A DNA stretch of 64,000 nt from Candidatus Latescibacterota bacterium (GCA_965226795.1 CBDDDZ010000005.1:1600001-1664000), one strand, 5' to 3'. Shown: positions 1 to 10,038, counted from the first letter of the stretch. A program made the numbers and translations. Notes: generated from the sequence alone by a model not told the origin.

Positions 1-369
1 GTTTAAAAACTTGTGCGGATGTGAAAGCTCAGCTTCACCGGTCCAGGTCCTGTGAATCGGCTCATCAGGGTGCAGCATCCCCTCTTCCACCGAAAACCCG
101 ATCAGCACCCACATAAACGCCTTGCCCATCGAAGCCGTCTGGAACCGGTAATGCCGGTCTCCCCATGCGTGCACCAGGTACCCTCCGCGCGTGAGCACCG
201 TCCCCCATTTGGTCCCGTTATGGTCCTCGCCGCCAAAAGACGCGCCCTTTATGTCCAATCCGGACAGGAAGCGTTCGAACTTCTCCACATCCAACCCGGC
301 TTCAGCGGTTGTAATCGCGATCCAGTCGTCCTCCGGATAAGTCACCCATTCCGGGATCTTACGTCCCAC
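1..369 (-). CDS. Serine hydrolase / beta-lactamase-family protein, 5' part (runs off window start)
   Basis: Manual translation from GTG at 369 with GGAGG upstream: VGRKIPEWVTYPEDDW...LTRGGYLVHAWGD...FQTASMGKAF. SxxK motif; frame open to position 1; absent from ORF track. Confidence 0.75.
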   Translation of the reverse strand, partial: MGRKIPEWVTYPEDDWIAITTAEAGLDVEKFERFLSGLDIKGASFGGEDHNGTKWGTVLTRGGYLVHAWGDRHYRFQTASMGKAFMWVLIGFSVEEGMLHPDEPIHRTWTGEAELSHPHKFLN

Positions 370-492
370 TTTATTGTCCCCTCCCGTCAAACTTCACAAG
401 AGTCGGTTTACCACTGATGTCGATTCCTCCATCGGGCAAACTATGTGCCCTCGCCAGGAATCCAATTCACGCGGTCCATAGATTCTATCCGT

Positions 493-822
493 TTAATCCA
501 TGCCCGGCATCTGCGCCAGTTCCGATACCTCGAGAGCCCCGCCGATCTCCAGGAACGGACAGGCTTTCGCAATCTCCAGCGCCGACTCCATGGATTCTGC
601 TTCGATGATCGTATAGCCCGACATCGACGTCGTGCCCCCGGCGGTGACGGAACCGTCGGAGTTGACCGTACTCGTGTTTTTGAGCGGATTCGCGGGGCTG
701 ACGGCGGAATCGCCCAGTGAAGACAGCCATTCCATATATTTCGAAAAATGCCGCTGGCCTTCCTCGGGGGTGGACGGCTCGTTGCCCCCCAGATAGACGA
801 GAACGAATTGAGGCATCCGCAT
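493..822 (-). CDS. YciI-family protein
   Basis: 109 aa; SGYTIIEAESMESALEIAKACP...GGALEV pattern; AAGGAG RBS. Confidence 0.8.
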   Translation of the reverse strand: MRMPQFVLVYLGGNEPSTPEEGQRHFSKYMEWLSSLGDSAVSPANPLKNTSTVNSDGSVTAGGTTSMSGYTIIEAESMESALEIAKACPFLEIGGALEVSELAQMPGMD

Positions 823-876
823 TACTCCTTTCTTGACAACCGTATTTCACTCTTGCATTAATTTGACTCAATCACA

Positions 877-943
877 ATGGATGGACAGGGCGCGCAGGAT
901 CATATGGTCTCGTGTTTTCATCCTGTCTATCCTGTGTATCCAT
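877..943. repeat. Imperfect inverted repeat with 9-nt periodic arms (REP-like)
   Basis: ATGGATGGACAGGGCGCGCAGGAT (877-900) vs ATCCTGTCTATCCTGTGTATCCAT (920-943); 17/24 complementary. Confidence 0.5.
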
Positions 944-1083
944 GTTGGCTGCCTTATGCACCCAACGATCCCTATGCTCGGGACATTGGTGGTCCGGGTT
1001 CATATCCCCGCTATCAATAGAAACGGCCATTCTAACAGGAACGTTAAATGGCCACTGGTTGCGCGGTTTGGGCGGATTTTAAG

Positions 1084-1159
1084 TGGAGCGGGAAACGGGA
1101 CTCGAACCCGCGACATCAAGCTTGGGAAGCTTGTGCTCTACCAGCTGAGCTATTCCCGC
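1084..1159 (-). tRNA. tRNA-Gly(CCC)
   Basis: GCGGGAATAGCTCAGCTGGTAGAGCA-CAAGC-TTCCCAA-GCTTG...GGTTCGAGTCCCGTTTCCCGCTCCA; encoded CCA. Confidence 0.97.
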
Positions 1160-1189
1160 CCCCGTAGGTTTCGAAATCTACCATCTCCC

Positions 1190-2131
1190 TCAGAACGTGT
1201 CAAGGATTTTAAGAATGGCATTCGACGTATTGTTCGGGCCCGCATCGACCCACCTCACGCGCCGCTCCTTTCGAAACCACGTGAGTTGGCGTTTGGCATA
1301 ACGTCTTGTACCCATCTTGATCTGCGCAGCGGTTTCAGCCAGATCCGATTTGCCATCCAGATGATCGAAAACCTCGCGATATCCGAACGTATTCAGCGAA
1401 TTGAGTTCACGGCCATAACCGAGACGATTCAACTCCCGGACTTCATCGACCAGCCCCGAAGCAAACATCCGGTCCACTCGTTCTCCAATCCTCCGGTACA
1501 GTAGCGCCCTGTCCATCCCCAGCCCGAACCACTCCGCGCACCAGTTTTTCGCCTTTTGCGGGGGCTCTTCGTGAAGCACCGAGAGCGGCGTCCCGGTGAG
1601 TTCGAATACCTCCAGTGCACGCACGACACGTTGGGTATCGTTGGCGTGCAACCGTTCGGCCGTCACTGGATCAACGTCCCGCAGCCTGGCGTAGATCCCG
1701 CCGGGGTCTTTCGCCGCTTCCGCCAGCAGACGTCCACGGACGGCCCTGGGTGTGCGTGGAAGCGGCGAAAAGCCGTCGAGAACCGCCCTGAGATAGAGAC
1801 CCGATCCCCCCACCAGGATAGGTACACGATTCCGTTCCAGAATCGACTCGATTTCCCTTGACGCGTCATTGGCGTAGTGCCCGGCGCTATAGTAAACATC
1901 GGGGCTCACAACGTCGATCATGTGGTGTTTCGCCAGGGCACGCTCATCCTTCGTGGGTTTGGCCGTGCCAATGTCCATATACCGATAGACCTGCCGCGCG
2001 TCGGCGGAGACTACTTCACCGCCAAGCGCCCTCGCCAGGTCGATGCCGACCCGAGTCTTGCCCGATGCGGTCGGGCCCACGAGTGCCAATACCCGGTGCG
2101 GCCTATCTGCTGAATTGCCGGTCGATTTCAT
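1190..2131 (-). CDS. miaA: tRNA dimethylallyltransferase
   Basis: GPTASGKT, DARQVYRYMDIGTAKP, VGGSGLY, TRRYAKRQLTWF; follows mutL. Confidence 0.97.
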   Translation of the reverse strand: MKSTGNSADRPHRVLALVGPTASGKTRVGIDLARALGGEVVSADARQVYRYMDIGTAKPTKDERALAKHHMIDVVSPDVYYSAGHYANDASREIESILERNRVPILVGGSGLYLRAVLDGFSPLPRTPRAVRGRLLAEAAKDPGGIYARLRDVDPVTAERLHANDTQRVVRALEVFELTGTPLSVLHEEPPQKAKNWCAEWFGLGMDRALLYRRIGERVDRMFASGLVDEVRELNRLGYGRELNSLNTFGYREVFDHLDGKSDLAETAAQIKMGTRRYAKRQLTWFRKERRVRWVDAGPNNTSNAILKILDTF

Positions 2132-3935
2132 CCAGGGGCATCTTTACCACGGTTGGCCTGCCCTGCGGGCAGACGAACGGTTCCCGGGTGGCAAACAGGC
2201 GATCGATCAGCGCCCGCATCTCCCTTGGCGAGAGCTTCTCTCCCGTTGGGATGGCCGTGTGCCGGGCATAGGCGGCCGCCAATCGATGCTCCAGCGGAGA
2301 AACGACGTTCTGGCGGCTGACCGGGACCGAAGAACGGCGCTCTTTGTCGGTCAAATCACCTACGATCTCTCGAAGAAGCCGCCCGTCTTCCCATACTTTA
2401 AGTTCCACGGGAATGGCATCCACGACCACGGTATTACCGCCAAAATCCCGTACTCCGAAGCCCATCGCTTCCAACAGCGGCATTGCCTCCCGCACCGTCT
2501 GGATCTGCCGCAAGCCAAAGTCAAGCGTGACCGGAAACAGAAGTCGCTGGCCCAAGCCGGCGTTAGCTTTAAAGCAATCCAGTGTCTGTTCGTAGATCAT
2601 CCGCTGGTGGGCCAGGTGCTGATCGACGAAAATCAGGCCGTTCTTGATATGCGCAAGGACATATCTGTCGTGCACCTGCCAGACAGAAACCTGATCGACC
2701 GTTTCCTCGTCATTCAGTTCCGCATCGTCCTCCGCGCCCGCGTGCTTTTCGCGGCTCTCGGCCTTTCTGTTGACGGTCAGGGCAAGCGCCATTTGCACGT
2801 CTTCCAGGCCCAGGGGATCTGAAAGATAGGCCTCGCGTTCCACGGGCGCGTCCGCAACGCCACCGGCGGGATCCGGCTTAGCGGAAGTGGCCCCGTTTGT
2901 AAGGATCGCTGGTGCGGCAAAGCCACTGCCCACTTCCGGCACCAGATCCTCCTCCCTCAACCCCGCGCGAACGACTTCGGCAACCGCATCGTAAACCGAG
3001 GCCTCGTCCGAAAAACGCACTTCACGTTTGGTGGGGTGCACATTGACGTCCAGACGGGAGGGATCCAGCTCCAGTAGAAGCGCAAAGGTGGGATGGAAGC
3101 CCTTCACGAGCAGTCCGCCAAATCCATCATGCACAGCGTGCGTCACCGCCCGGTCGCGTACCCAGCGCCCATTGACGACCATCGCCTGTTGTGCGCCCGA
3201 TTTACGAGCCAGTTCCGGCCGTCCTGCAAACCCCCAAACCCGGATACCGTGCCGTTCACCGTCCAGGAAAACGGCGTCCCGGCCCAGTTGAACGCCAAAT
3301 ATCGCCTCCAGGCGATGTTGGCGTTCGGACCTTCCCAGGTTCAGGATTTCGCGCCCGTTGTGAGAAAGCAAAAAGGCAATGGTGGGATAGCCCAACGCCA
3401 GGCCGGTCAGAGCGTCCGCCACGTGTCTGAATTCGGTCTCGACACCCTTCAGGAATTTCCGCCTTGCGGGTACATTGAAAAACAGGCCGTGAACGGCAAT
3501 GGTTGTTCCCCGGTCCCGGCCTGTGGACGTGACATCGCGCACCCGACCGCTTTCGACGCGCACGCGAGTGCCCTGGATTTCTTCGACGTGGCGGGTCTCG
3601 ATAGCCATTCTGGACACCGCCGCGATACTCGGTAGCGCCTCCCCGCGAAACCCCAGCGTACGCAGCGTGCGCAGATCGGAGAGATTGGAAATCTTGCTCG
3701 TCGCATGCCGTTCCAGGGCCAGCAAAGCGTCGTCGCGAGACATCCCGCAGCCGTTGTCGCTGACCCGTATGGTATCTTTGCCGCCGCCGGCCACTTCAGC
3801 CACAATCCGGTCCGCACCTGCGTCGATGGCGTTTTCCACCAGTTCCTTCACCACGGAGCCCGGCCGCTCCACGGCTTCACCTGCGGCGATGCGATTGGCG
3901 ATTTCGTCGGGTAGAATGCGGATCCGATTGGGCAT
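2103..3935 (-). CDS. mutL: DNA mismatch repair protein MutL
   Basis: IAAGEAVERPGSVVKELVENAIDAGA, HATSKI, GFRGEAL, DVNVHPTKREV. Confidence 0.97.
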   Translation of the reverse strand: MPNRIRILPDEIANRIAAGEAVERPGSVVKELVENAIDAGADRIVAEVAGGGKDTIRVSDNGCGMSRDDALLALERHATSKISNLSDLRTLRTLGFRGEALPSIAAVSRMAIETRHVEEIQGTRVRVESGRVRDVTSTGRDRGTTIAVHGLFFNVPARRKFLKGVETEFRHVADALTGLALGYPTIAFLLSHNGREILNLGRSERQHRLEAIFGVQLGRDAVFLDGERHGIRVWGFAGRPELARKSGAQQAMVVNGRWVRDRAVTHAVHDGFGGLLVKGFHPTFALLLELDPSRLDVNVHPTKREVRFSDEASVYDAVAEVVRAGLREEDLVPEVGSGFAAPAILTNGATSAKPDPAGGVADAPVEREAYLSDPLGLEDVQMALALTVNRKAESREKHAGAEDDAELNDEETVDQVSVWQVHDRYVLAHIKNGLIFVDQHLAHQRMIYEQTLDCFKANAGLGQRLLFPVTLDFGLRQIQTVREAMPLLEAMGFGVRDFGGNTVVVDAIPVELKVWEDGRLLREIVGDLTDKERRSSVPVSRQNVVSPLEHRLAAAYARHTAIPTGEKLSPREMRALIDRLFATREPFVCPQGRPTVVKMPLDEIDRQFSR

Positions 3936-4081
3936 GCCGAAATGTCTGCCTTTGCTGCGGTACCAGTAAACAAGCGGATTAGCGGGATTCAGATTTGCCT
4001 TCGCAGCATCCCTCAGAATCCTTAAAGACAGGAACCCGAAAGCCCCGATCCGTCTTACGAATGCGCATTCGAGCCCATGCC

Positions 4082-5455
4082 CTAACCCCCAATCAGGCCC
4101 TGGCGCTTCAATCGGTCCAGGGTGCGATCGAATGCGTCGACAACGTGATCCAGATCTTCTTCGGTATGCACGGATGCCGTTAACCCGGTCAATCCGTTCA
4201 GATCGACGCCTTCCAGTTGCATCGTGGCACGGAACGCATCCCTCAACGTCGGATCGGGCGCCTTCAGCCTGCGGTAGTCATAGGTTCCCACGGCTATGGC
4301 TTCCAGGCTCTGTTCCATGGGTCCGCTTTCGGGCAGGAACTTGACGCCAGAGAAATCTCCATATACAACCCAGTCAACGGCGTGGTTCGAAATCACGCCG
4401 TTGAGACGGTTGCGCAGGATTTCGCCGTTCCGGTTTGCGCGTGCGATGTGTATGCCGTCTTCGATAGCCTTCAGCGTGGCAATCCCGGCGGCCGCGGAAA
4501 CCGGATTGGCGTTAAAGGTGCCCTGGTGGGGCATTTTCCGGCAGGTATCCCATTCGCGGTCTCCCCGAAACGCCAGCAGGTCCATAATATCCTGCCGACC
4601 GGTCAGACAGCCTCCGGGGAGTCCACCCGCCAAAATCTTCGCCAGCGAGGTGAGATCGGGCTTGACGTTGTAGTGGGCCTGGGCGCCTCCTGTCGAGCAT
4701 CGAAAGCCGGTGACCACTTCGTCAAAAATCAAAAGCACGTCGTGCTGAATCGTTATGCGTCGCAATTCTTCCAGGAAACCCGGACGGAGGGGTGCCACGC
4801 CGAAAGTGGCTCCGGTAGGCTCCAGAATGACACAGGCAATATCGTCGTCCCGGTCAAGAATAACCTCAACCTGATCGATTTGGTTCGGCGGGCACAGGCA
4901 AACGGTATCCGCAACTTCACGAAGGACGCCGGCGGGCACGGGTTCGTCGAAAGGTGGCATCACGCCTACAATGAGGTTGTCGTGCCAACCGTGGAAGTGG
5001 CCGAAAAACTTGAGCACCTTTCGCTTTCCGGTAAACGTCCGCGCCAGTCGGAGCGCCATCATCGTCGCCTCGGTGCCCGAGCTGGTAAATCGAACCCGTT
5101 CGGCAGTGGGGATCAACTTCATGACCCACTCCCCCCATTCCACTTCCAGCTCGTGACACGCACCATAGTGGGTGCCACGCGCCACCTGTTCCGTAACGGC
5201 CGCCACCATATCCGGATAACAATGTCCCAGCATCAGTGCCCCGTGCCCCATCCAGAGGTCCACATATTCGCGGCCATCCACGTCCCATTTACGCCCTGCC
5301 TCGGCGCGGCTCGCGTAAATTGGAAATGGCGTACAGTAGCGCGAGTCGTGGGTGACGCCGCCCGGAAAGATACGCGACGCTTTTTCGTACAGCGTCCGAG
5401 ACCGTTTCAGCGCATCCCGGAATTCTCCATTAATTCCTTTAACTAATTCTTCCAC
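4082..5455 (-). CDS. Class III PLP aminotransferase (GSA aminomutase-like)
   Basis: PGGVTHDSR, WDVDGREYVD, SGTEATMMALRLAR, FHGWHD, LIFDEVVTGFR, LAKILAGG, GTFNANP. Confidence 0.9.
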   Translation of the reverse strand: MEELVKGINGEFRDALKRSRTLYEKASRIFPGGVTHDSRYCTPFPIYASRAEAGRKWDVDGREYVDLWMGHGALMLGHCYPDMVAAVTEQVARGTHYGACHELEVEWGEWVMKLIPTAERVRFTSSGTEATMMALRLARTFTGKRKVLKFFGHFHGWHDNLIVGVMPPFDEPVPAGVLREVADTVCLCPPNQIDQVEVILDRDDDIACVILEPTGATFGVAPLRPGFLEELRRITIQHDVLLIFDEVVTGFRCSTGGAQAHYNVKPDLTSLAKILAGGLPGGCLTGRQDIMDLLAFRGDREWDTCRKMPHQGTFNANPVSAAAGIATLKAIEDGIHIARANRNGEILRNRLNGVISNHAVDWVVYGDFSGVKFLPESGPMEQSLEAIAVGTYDYRRLKAPDPTLRDAFRATMQLEGVDLNGLTGLTASVHTEEDLDHVVDAFDRTLDRLKRQGLIGG

Positions 5456-5579
5456 AGTCGATTATCTCTCTTCTTTAACGTGGTAACCCAAGACGCCCGG
5501 AAACGGTTCATGCCCGCCATGAGCCGGAAGTGGGAAAAATAACGAACAGGTAGAAAAAAGCAACCGGCAAAATGCGCTG

Positions 5580-7640
5580 TCATGCCTGTGTAGGCATGGG
5601 GTAAGAAAACGTGCGATCAGCCTCGACGTCCGAGAGATCCGAAGCATCTTCCGACATGACCCAGAGATGTTGTTCGGTCCCCGCCTGCACCCTGAATCCA
5701 CCGGCCCCGCCGGGGCCGCCCGAACCGACCGCGTCCACGCGGCTGACCTCGGGGTCCGTGCCCCAGTGATGCACAAGCGCGACAAAAGTTGTCTTACGGG
5801 CAATCCTGCGGCGGATGAGCACATCGCCGGTTTCCGTCGCGGGCTGAAGCGGCGCTTCCCCCACGATTATTTGCGCCCCGGCGCCTTCCAGCAGGAATGC
5901 CCCCACCCCACCCATCGGCAAGCCCCATTGAAATGAAACCATTTCCCTGGGTACGAATTCGACCGGTTGCCGGATGTGGTTATATCCGTCGCCGGAAAGC
6001 GCAATCACCCCGCGATCCGACAGTCCGGCGTGCCTGCGCCGATCGCCTTGAAACCTGCAGACCCAATCCATCTGGCATTCCCGTGGCGCCTCAACGTGGA
6101 ACACATCCCAAAAGTACGAGTCCGTCCACAAAATCACCCGCCGCATTGCTACTTTCGAGTAGGGGGCTTTCTCCCATGAAACGCAGGCGTCGACCACTTC
6201 GAAGCCATCCGCGCGCCGTACATCGAAATTTACGAGCCGGCCTTCCGCCGGAGGCTGGGAGCTGCCGTCTATCATCACGGTGTTATGGCTGAGCGTCTGT
6301 CGATACCAGGTCTCGTTCAGGTCGACGCCATAACCCGGCGTGCCCAGGTCCGTAGCCACCGGAAACCCTCGCGCGTAGAACGAAATCGAGAGTTTGTCCG
6401 GATGTCCGTGGCCGCCGCCGTGCGGGCCGTACTTCAGCAGCACGCAGCTTTGCCGATCGAGCGCCTCCTTCGACCTCAGGATGGCAATTCCCGACGGTTT
6501 CAGAACGGCACTCTCAGCTACGAATCTGCCGCCCGAATCGGACAGATGTTCTCCGTACAGAAGCGCCTCCACGACCGTTCGGGGCCTGCAGGAATAGTTG
6601 CGTTCGAGTATCCGTGCAAAGACGGGCTCTTTATACCACCCGTACGCCACCTCGTAAAAGGACTCCGACGGCGGCACGCCGTGGCAGACATCGGACAACA
6701 GCGAAGAGAAATACCAGCAATCGTTGGTGGCGGGCAGCCTGAAATCGGGAAACGCCAGCGACACCGGCATCCGGAACATCGCCCTCAGCCGGTCGTCGTC
6801 ATGCAGACCCGCACCACTGTTCTCCGAAACCTGGACCTGAGCAATCAACGCGGCGAGGGTGTAAAAGTGGTAACTGGATGATCCCTCCCACCACAATCCA
6901 TCTTCAAGAACCCCCTCCCGCAGCTGGTGGTAAAACCCGAAGTTGTCCTCCAGGGCCACCTTCTGAAACTCACCTTCGTTCAGGCAGATTCCAACCGCCG
7001 CGATAGCAGCATTGTGCCAGCATTCGATGTTGTGAATGCGGTGGAACTTCTGGTCCCGAATGTGCTCCGCCGCCACAGCGAGCAGGTTCGTTTCTATCAA
7101 CGTCCGCTGGCCGGGGGTGAGGGCCTCCCGGACAAGATCGTACGCCCTTGCTATCGGGATCAACCACACCGACTCGTCGAGCGAATGGTTTGCCACCTTG
7201 CCCCAGCCATAGGGCAGTTCACGCTCGATCGGATACCCCGGATAACGTTCCGCGTAGGCCAGCAGAATCTCTCTGCATCTGGCCAGATATGCTCCGTTCG
7301 CATCCAGTTGCCACATGAGCGCCAGTCTATATGCCATAGTGGACAGCCGATTGTTGACGAACCAGCGCCATGCCGAATCGTATGGCTCGCCCGAAAAGAC
7401 CCGTCCGTCCCTGGGACATCGATGGGCGTGCGGCGATCCGGCGTCGAACACAAGCTCCACGGCGTGATCCGGGCAAAAGTAGTTGTGGTAGTACCCTGCC
7501 GGGCGGTCCTGAGGCTGCATTTCTTCGCCGAGGAAGGTCTTCGCCTCGGTCTCAAGTCGGCGGTAGGCATTGATGAATGCCGGATGGGTCCGCCGTTCCC
7601 TCGCTATCGACATACGACGGTCGGATATCAGTTTCAGCAC
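5580..7640 (-). CDS. Heparinase II/III-family polysaccharide lyase (oligoalginate-lyase-like)
   Basis: IHNIECWHNAA, DGLWWEGSSSYHFY, HGGGHGHPDKL, DLGTPGYG, TLSHNTV. Confidence 0.85.
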   Translation of the reverse strand: MLKLISDRRMSIARERRTHPAFINAYRRLETEAKTFLGEEMQPQDRPAGYYHNYFCPDHAVELVFDAGSPHAHRCPRDGRVFSGEPYDSAWRWFVNNRLSTMAYRLALMWQLDANGAYLARCREILLAYAERYPGYPIERELPYGWGKVANHSLDESVWLIPIARAYDLVREALTPGQRTLIETNLLAVAAEHIRDQKFHRIHNIECWHNAAIAAVGICLNEGEFQKVALEDNFGFYHQLREGVLEDGLWWEGSSSYHFYTLAALIAQVQVSENSGAGLHDDDRLRAMFRMPVSLAFPDFRLPATNDCWYFSSLLSDVCHGVPPSESFYEVAYGWYKEPVFARILERNYSCRPRTVVEALLYGEHLSDSGGRFVAESAVLKPSGIAILRSKEALDRQSCVLLKYGPHGGGHGHPDKLSISFYARGFPVATDLGTPGYGVDLNETWYRQTLSHNTVMIDGSSQPPAEGRLVNFDVRRADGFEVVDACVSWEKAPYSKVAMRRVILWTDSYFWDVFHVEAPRECQMDWVCRFQGDRRRHAGLSDRGVIALSGDGYNHIRQPVEFVPREMVSFQWGLPMGGVGAFLLEGAGAQIIVGEAPLQPATETGDVLIRRRIARKTTFVALVHHWGTDPEVSRVDAVGSGGPGGAGGFRVQAGTEQHLWVMSEDASDLSDVEADRTFSYPMPTQA

Positions 7641-7712
7641 ACGTCCCCCACGTTAATAACGGCCGGTTGCCACATTGCCGGTCGGACCTTATCTTACGAG
7701 CTATCAGGCCGA

Positions 7713-7770
7713 TAGTGTTCTGTCCCGGAACCAGATTGCCGAATGGTGACATATTTCTGGGACAGGACTC
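7713..7770. mobile_element. MITE-like element, internally deleted copy (ends only)
   Basis: TAGTGTTCTGTCCCGGAA...GAATGGTGACATATTTCTGGGACAGGACTC; the ends are inverted repeats and match the 30670-30840 copy. Confidence 0.7.
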
Positions 7771-7865
7771 GAAGTCACCGAGGCCTGAAACCGCGCAGGG
7801 GCCGGCCAGGCCCCACCGGATGCGAGCCGGCCACCATTAAAATCGCGCCTTCACCTGGTTTCCCT

Positions 7866-8579
7866 ATGCCCGACCCAATATCGGAGATTCTGATACCCGC
7901 CAATGAAATTCAGGATACGGTTCGTCAGCTCGGCGCCCGGATATCGTCGGACTTTCGCTCGGACCACGCTGCCTGTCCGGATAACCCGAAAGCACGGGAG
8001 GATCGACACGCGGACGGGACTCTGCGACCGCTCATCCTTACGGGCGTTCTCAAAGGCGCCCTCTTCTTCCTTGCCGATCTGTCCCGGGAGATTTCCGTTC
8101 CCGTCGAGATCGAATATATGTCGGTATCCAGCTATGGTAAATCGACGCGGAGTTCCGGCGTTGTCAGGATCCTGAAGGATATCGATCGGGATATCGCCGG
8201 CGCCGACGTGCTCCTTGTGGAGGATATCGTCGATACAGGCCTCACTCTGGACTATCTTCTACGCATCCTCGAGCCAAGGCGTCCTCGAAGCCTGAAAGTC
8301 TGCAGCCTGCTGGAAAAACCCGCCCGTCGAATGGTGGATGTGCCAATCGACTACGTCGGCTTCTCCATCCCGGACGAATTTGTCGTAGGATATGGCCTGG
8401 ACTACGACCATCAATACCGTAATCTTCCTTACATCGCGGCATTGAAGAATTCCGATGCGCCGCGCCAACGCTCCTGCCCGGTGGCCGGCAAGTGGGACCA
8501 GGGGTCTGCCCCGGTGATAGATTCCCCAAAGCCGACCGACGAGTCGCCCGGCTCACAAGGCGCCTGCGACCTGCGATAG
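7866..8579 (+). CDS. hpt: Hypoxanthine phosphoribosyltransferase
   Basis: GVLKGALFFLADL, VSSYG, VLLVEDIVDTGLTL, FVVGYGLDY..YRNLPYI; ATG 7866 chosen as start; atypical C-terminal tail. Confidence 0.95.
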   Translation: MPDPISEILIPANEIQDTVRQLGARISSDFRSDHAACPDNPKAREDRHADGTLRPLILTGVLKGALFFLADLSREISVPVEIEYMSVSSYGKSTRSSGVVRILKDIDRDIAGADVLLVEDIVDTGLTLDYLLRILEPRRPRSLKVCSLLEKPARRMVDVPIDYVGFSIPDEFVVGYGLDYDHQYRNLPYIAALKNSDAPRQRSCPVAGKWDQGSAPVIDSPKPTDESPGSQGACDLR

Positions 8580-8676
8580 GTCGAAAGGCTCGTTTCGACA
8601 AGCTCGGCGCAGGCAACGCATCCAGACGGGATGAAACGGCGGAAGAATGGTGACATATTTACGGAAGAGGGAACTA
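8499..8676. mobile_element. MITE-like element, diverged full-length copy
   Basis: Colinear with 30670-30840: shares CCGGCTC..AGGCGCCT, TTCGACA(A/T)GCTC and GAATGGTGACATATTT. Confidence 0.65.
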
Positions 8677-9417
8677 GGATCCGAGGCTCCCACATGGTTC
8701 CGCCAGCACACGATTCACGGTCTTGAACAGACTCTCTACCATCTGCTCCGTGAGCGTTCCCGTATTTATATTGTAACGGCTGAAGTGATAACTGGCAACC
8801 AGAATCCGGGGATCGCGGTCGAAACGATAGGTCCTGCCGTGCACGAACCGGTAGCATCCCACCCTCTCGATGATACCCTCTGCCCTCAAGAGGCGCAGAT
8901 AAGCCTCAAACGCGTCTCTCCCCATCGACAGTACAACCCGAATCCGCCTTAACTGCTCCATTTCCATTCGCAGCCAGTCCAGGCAGGCGCGTTTCTCGTT
9001 ACCGTTCGGCCTATTTGCGGGTGAGACGCACTTTACGGCGTTTGTAATGTAGACGTTATCGAGCTTCAGGCCATCGTTCGGGTGAGTGGATTTCGGTTGA
9101 TTGCCGAACCCGTGACGGTATAGTGCCCCGTAGAGCACCCGTCCGGCATCGTCCCCGGTAAACGGCCTGCCGGTGCGGTTCGCCCCATGGGCGCCCGGTG
9201 CGAGACCGATGACGAGCAGTTCGCCGGACGCATCGCCGAAACCCGGCACCGGTTTTGCCCAGTAGCCATCGACATTCTCCCGTTGATTGTCGGCGGAATC
9301 GAACGTGGCGCGGTAGTCAACCAGCCGTGCGCAGCTGCCGCAGTGTACAATCTGCTCGAAGAGCAGCCGTTCCGCTCCCGCCTCTTTCCACGTGACGCGC
9401 TGCGATCTACCGCCCAT
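8674..9417 (-). CDS. Uracil-DNA glycosylase, family 5 (UdgB-like, 4Fe-4S)
   Basis: CGSC..L, GLAPGAHGANRTGRPFTGD, NAVKCVSPANRP, SYHFS. Confidence 0.92.
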   Translation of the reverse strand: MGGRSQRVTWKEAGAERLLFEQIVHCGSCARLVDYRATFDSADNQRENVDGYWAKPVPGFGDASGELLVIGLAPGAHGANRTGRPFTGDDAGRVLYGALYRHGFGNQPKSTHPNDGLKLDNVYITNAVKCVSPANRPNGNEKRACLDWLRMEMEQLRRIRVVLSMGRDAFEAYLRLLRAEGIIERVGCYRFVHGRTYRFDRDPRILVASYHFSRYNINTGTLTEQMVESLFKTVNRVLAEPCGSLGS

Positions 9418-9617
9418 TGTGTCGCCTTCCGCTCGTTGCATTCAACGCCCCGACAGGACGATGCATCGCGAGTAACCATGCTGCCATTTGCGGTGGGAGT
9501 GCAACTCGATAAGGGGCATACCGGACAAACGTTAACGGCCGGCAGCTATCGTCGGCACCTCGTCCGGGACTCTATAGGGAATTCCACTCCGCGGGAAATC
9601 GTCCGTGCCGGCCATGC

Positions 9618-9648
9618 AAAAGAGGCGGTCCGGTGTGGGCCGCCTCTT
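9618..9648 (-). terminator. Intrinsic terminator after glutaredoxin gene
   Basis: Minus strand: AAGAGGCGG-cccacaccgga-CCGCCTCTTTT. Confidence 0.65.
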
Positions 9649-9675
9649 CCAACATGTCGATATGAACCTGGTCTG

Positions 9676-10038
9676 CTAGTTTCCCACCCCTTTGTTGAAG
9701 AATACCACCTGCCGCGACCGGGCCATGGCCTCGTGTTCCTCGTCGGTGCACGCCCTGTCCGTGGGCACATTGGGGTCGGGACCCGCCGGCTGGTACCCGT
9801 TGTGGACCAGATAGGCTTCCAGATCCTCCCCGCTGATATCGGCCAGGATCTGCCCATCGAAATCCAGGGTCGGCTGCAGCGGCTGCCCGCTCTTGCGCAC
9901 CATTTCTTCGTAATTTGCGGGATTATTGATGATGTCTTTGTCCTCGTATCTGAGTCCGTACTTGTCCAGCACCGCCCGTATGCCGCGGCTCCATCCACAG
10001 TGGGGTTTGAGATATGCGGTAATCGCGGGATTACCCAT
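9676..10038 (-). CDS. Monothiol glutaredoxin-like protein
   Basis: YLKPHCGWS (CxxS), KSGQPLQPTL. Confidence 0.8.
   Translation of the reverse strand: MGNPAITAYLKPHCGWSRGIRAVLDKYGLRYEDKDIINNPANYEEMVRKSGQPLQPTLDFDGQILADISGEDLEAYLVHNGYQPAGPDPNVPTDRACTDEEHEAMARSRQVVFFNKGVGN

Noticed and set aside
833..1504. 223-aa plus-strand ORF
   Set aside because: Spans tRNA-Gly, a repeat and antisense miaA; spurious.
4217..5446. 409-aa plus-strand ORF
   Set aside because: Antisense shadow of the aminotransferase.
4082..5455. hemL symbol
   Set aside because: GSA-like, but lacks typical HemL sequence such as PGGVNSPVR and has no heme-gene context.
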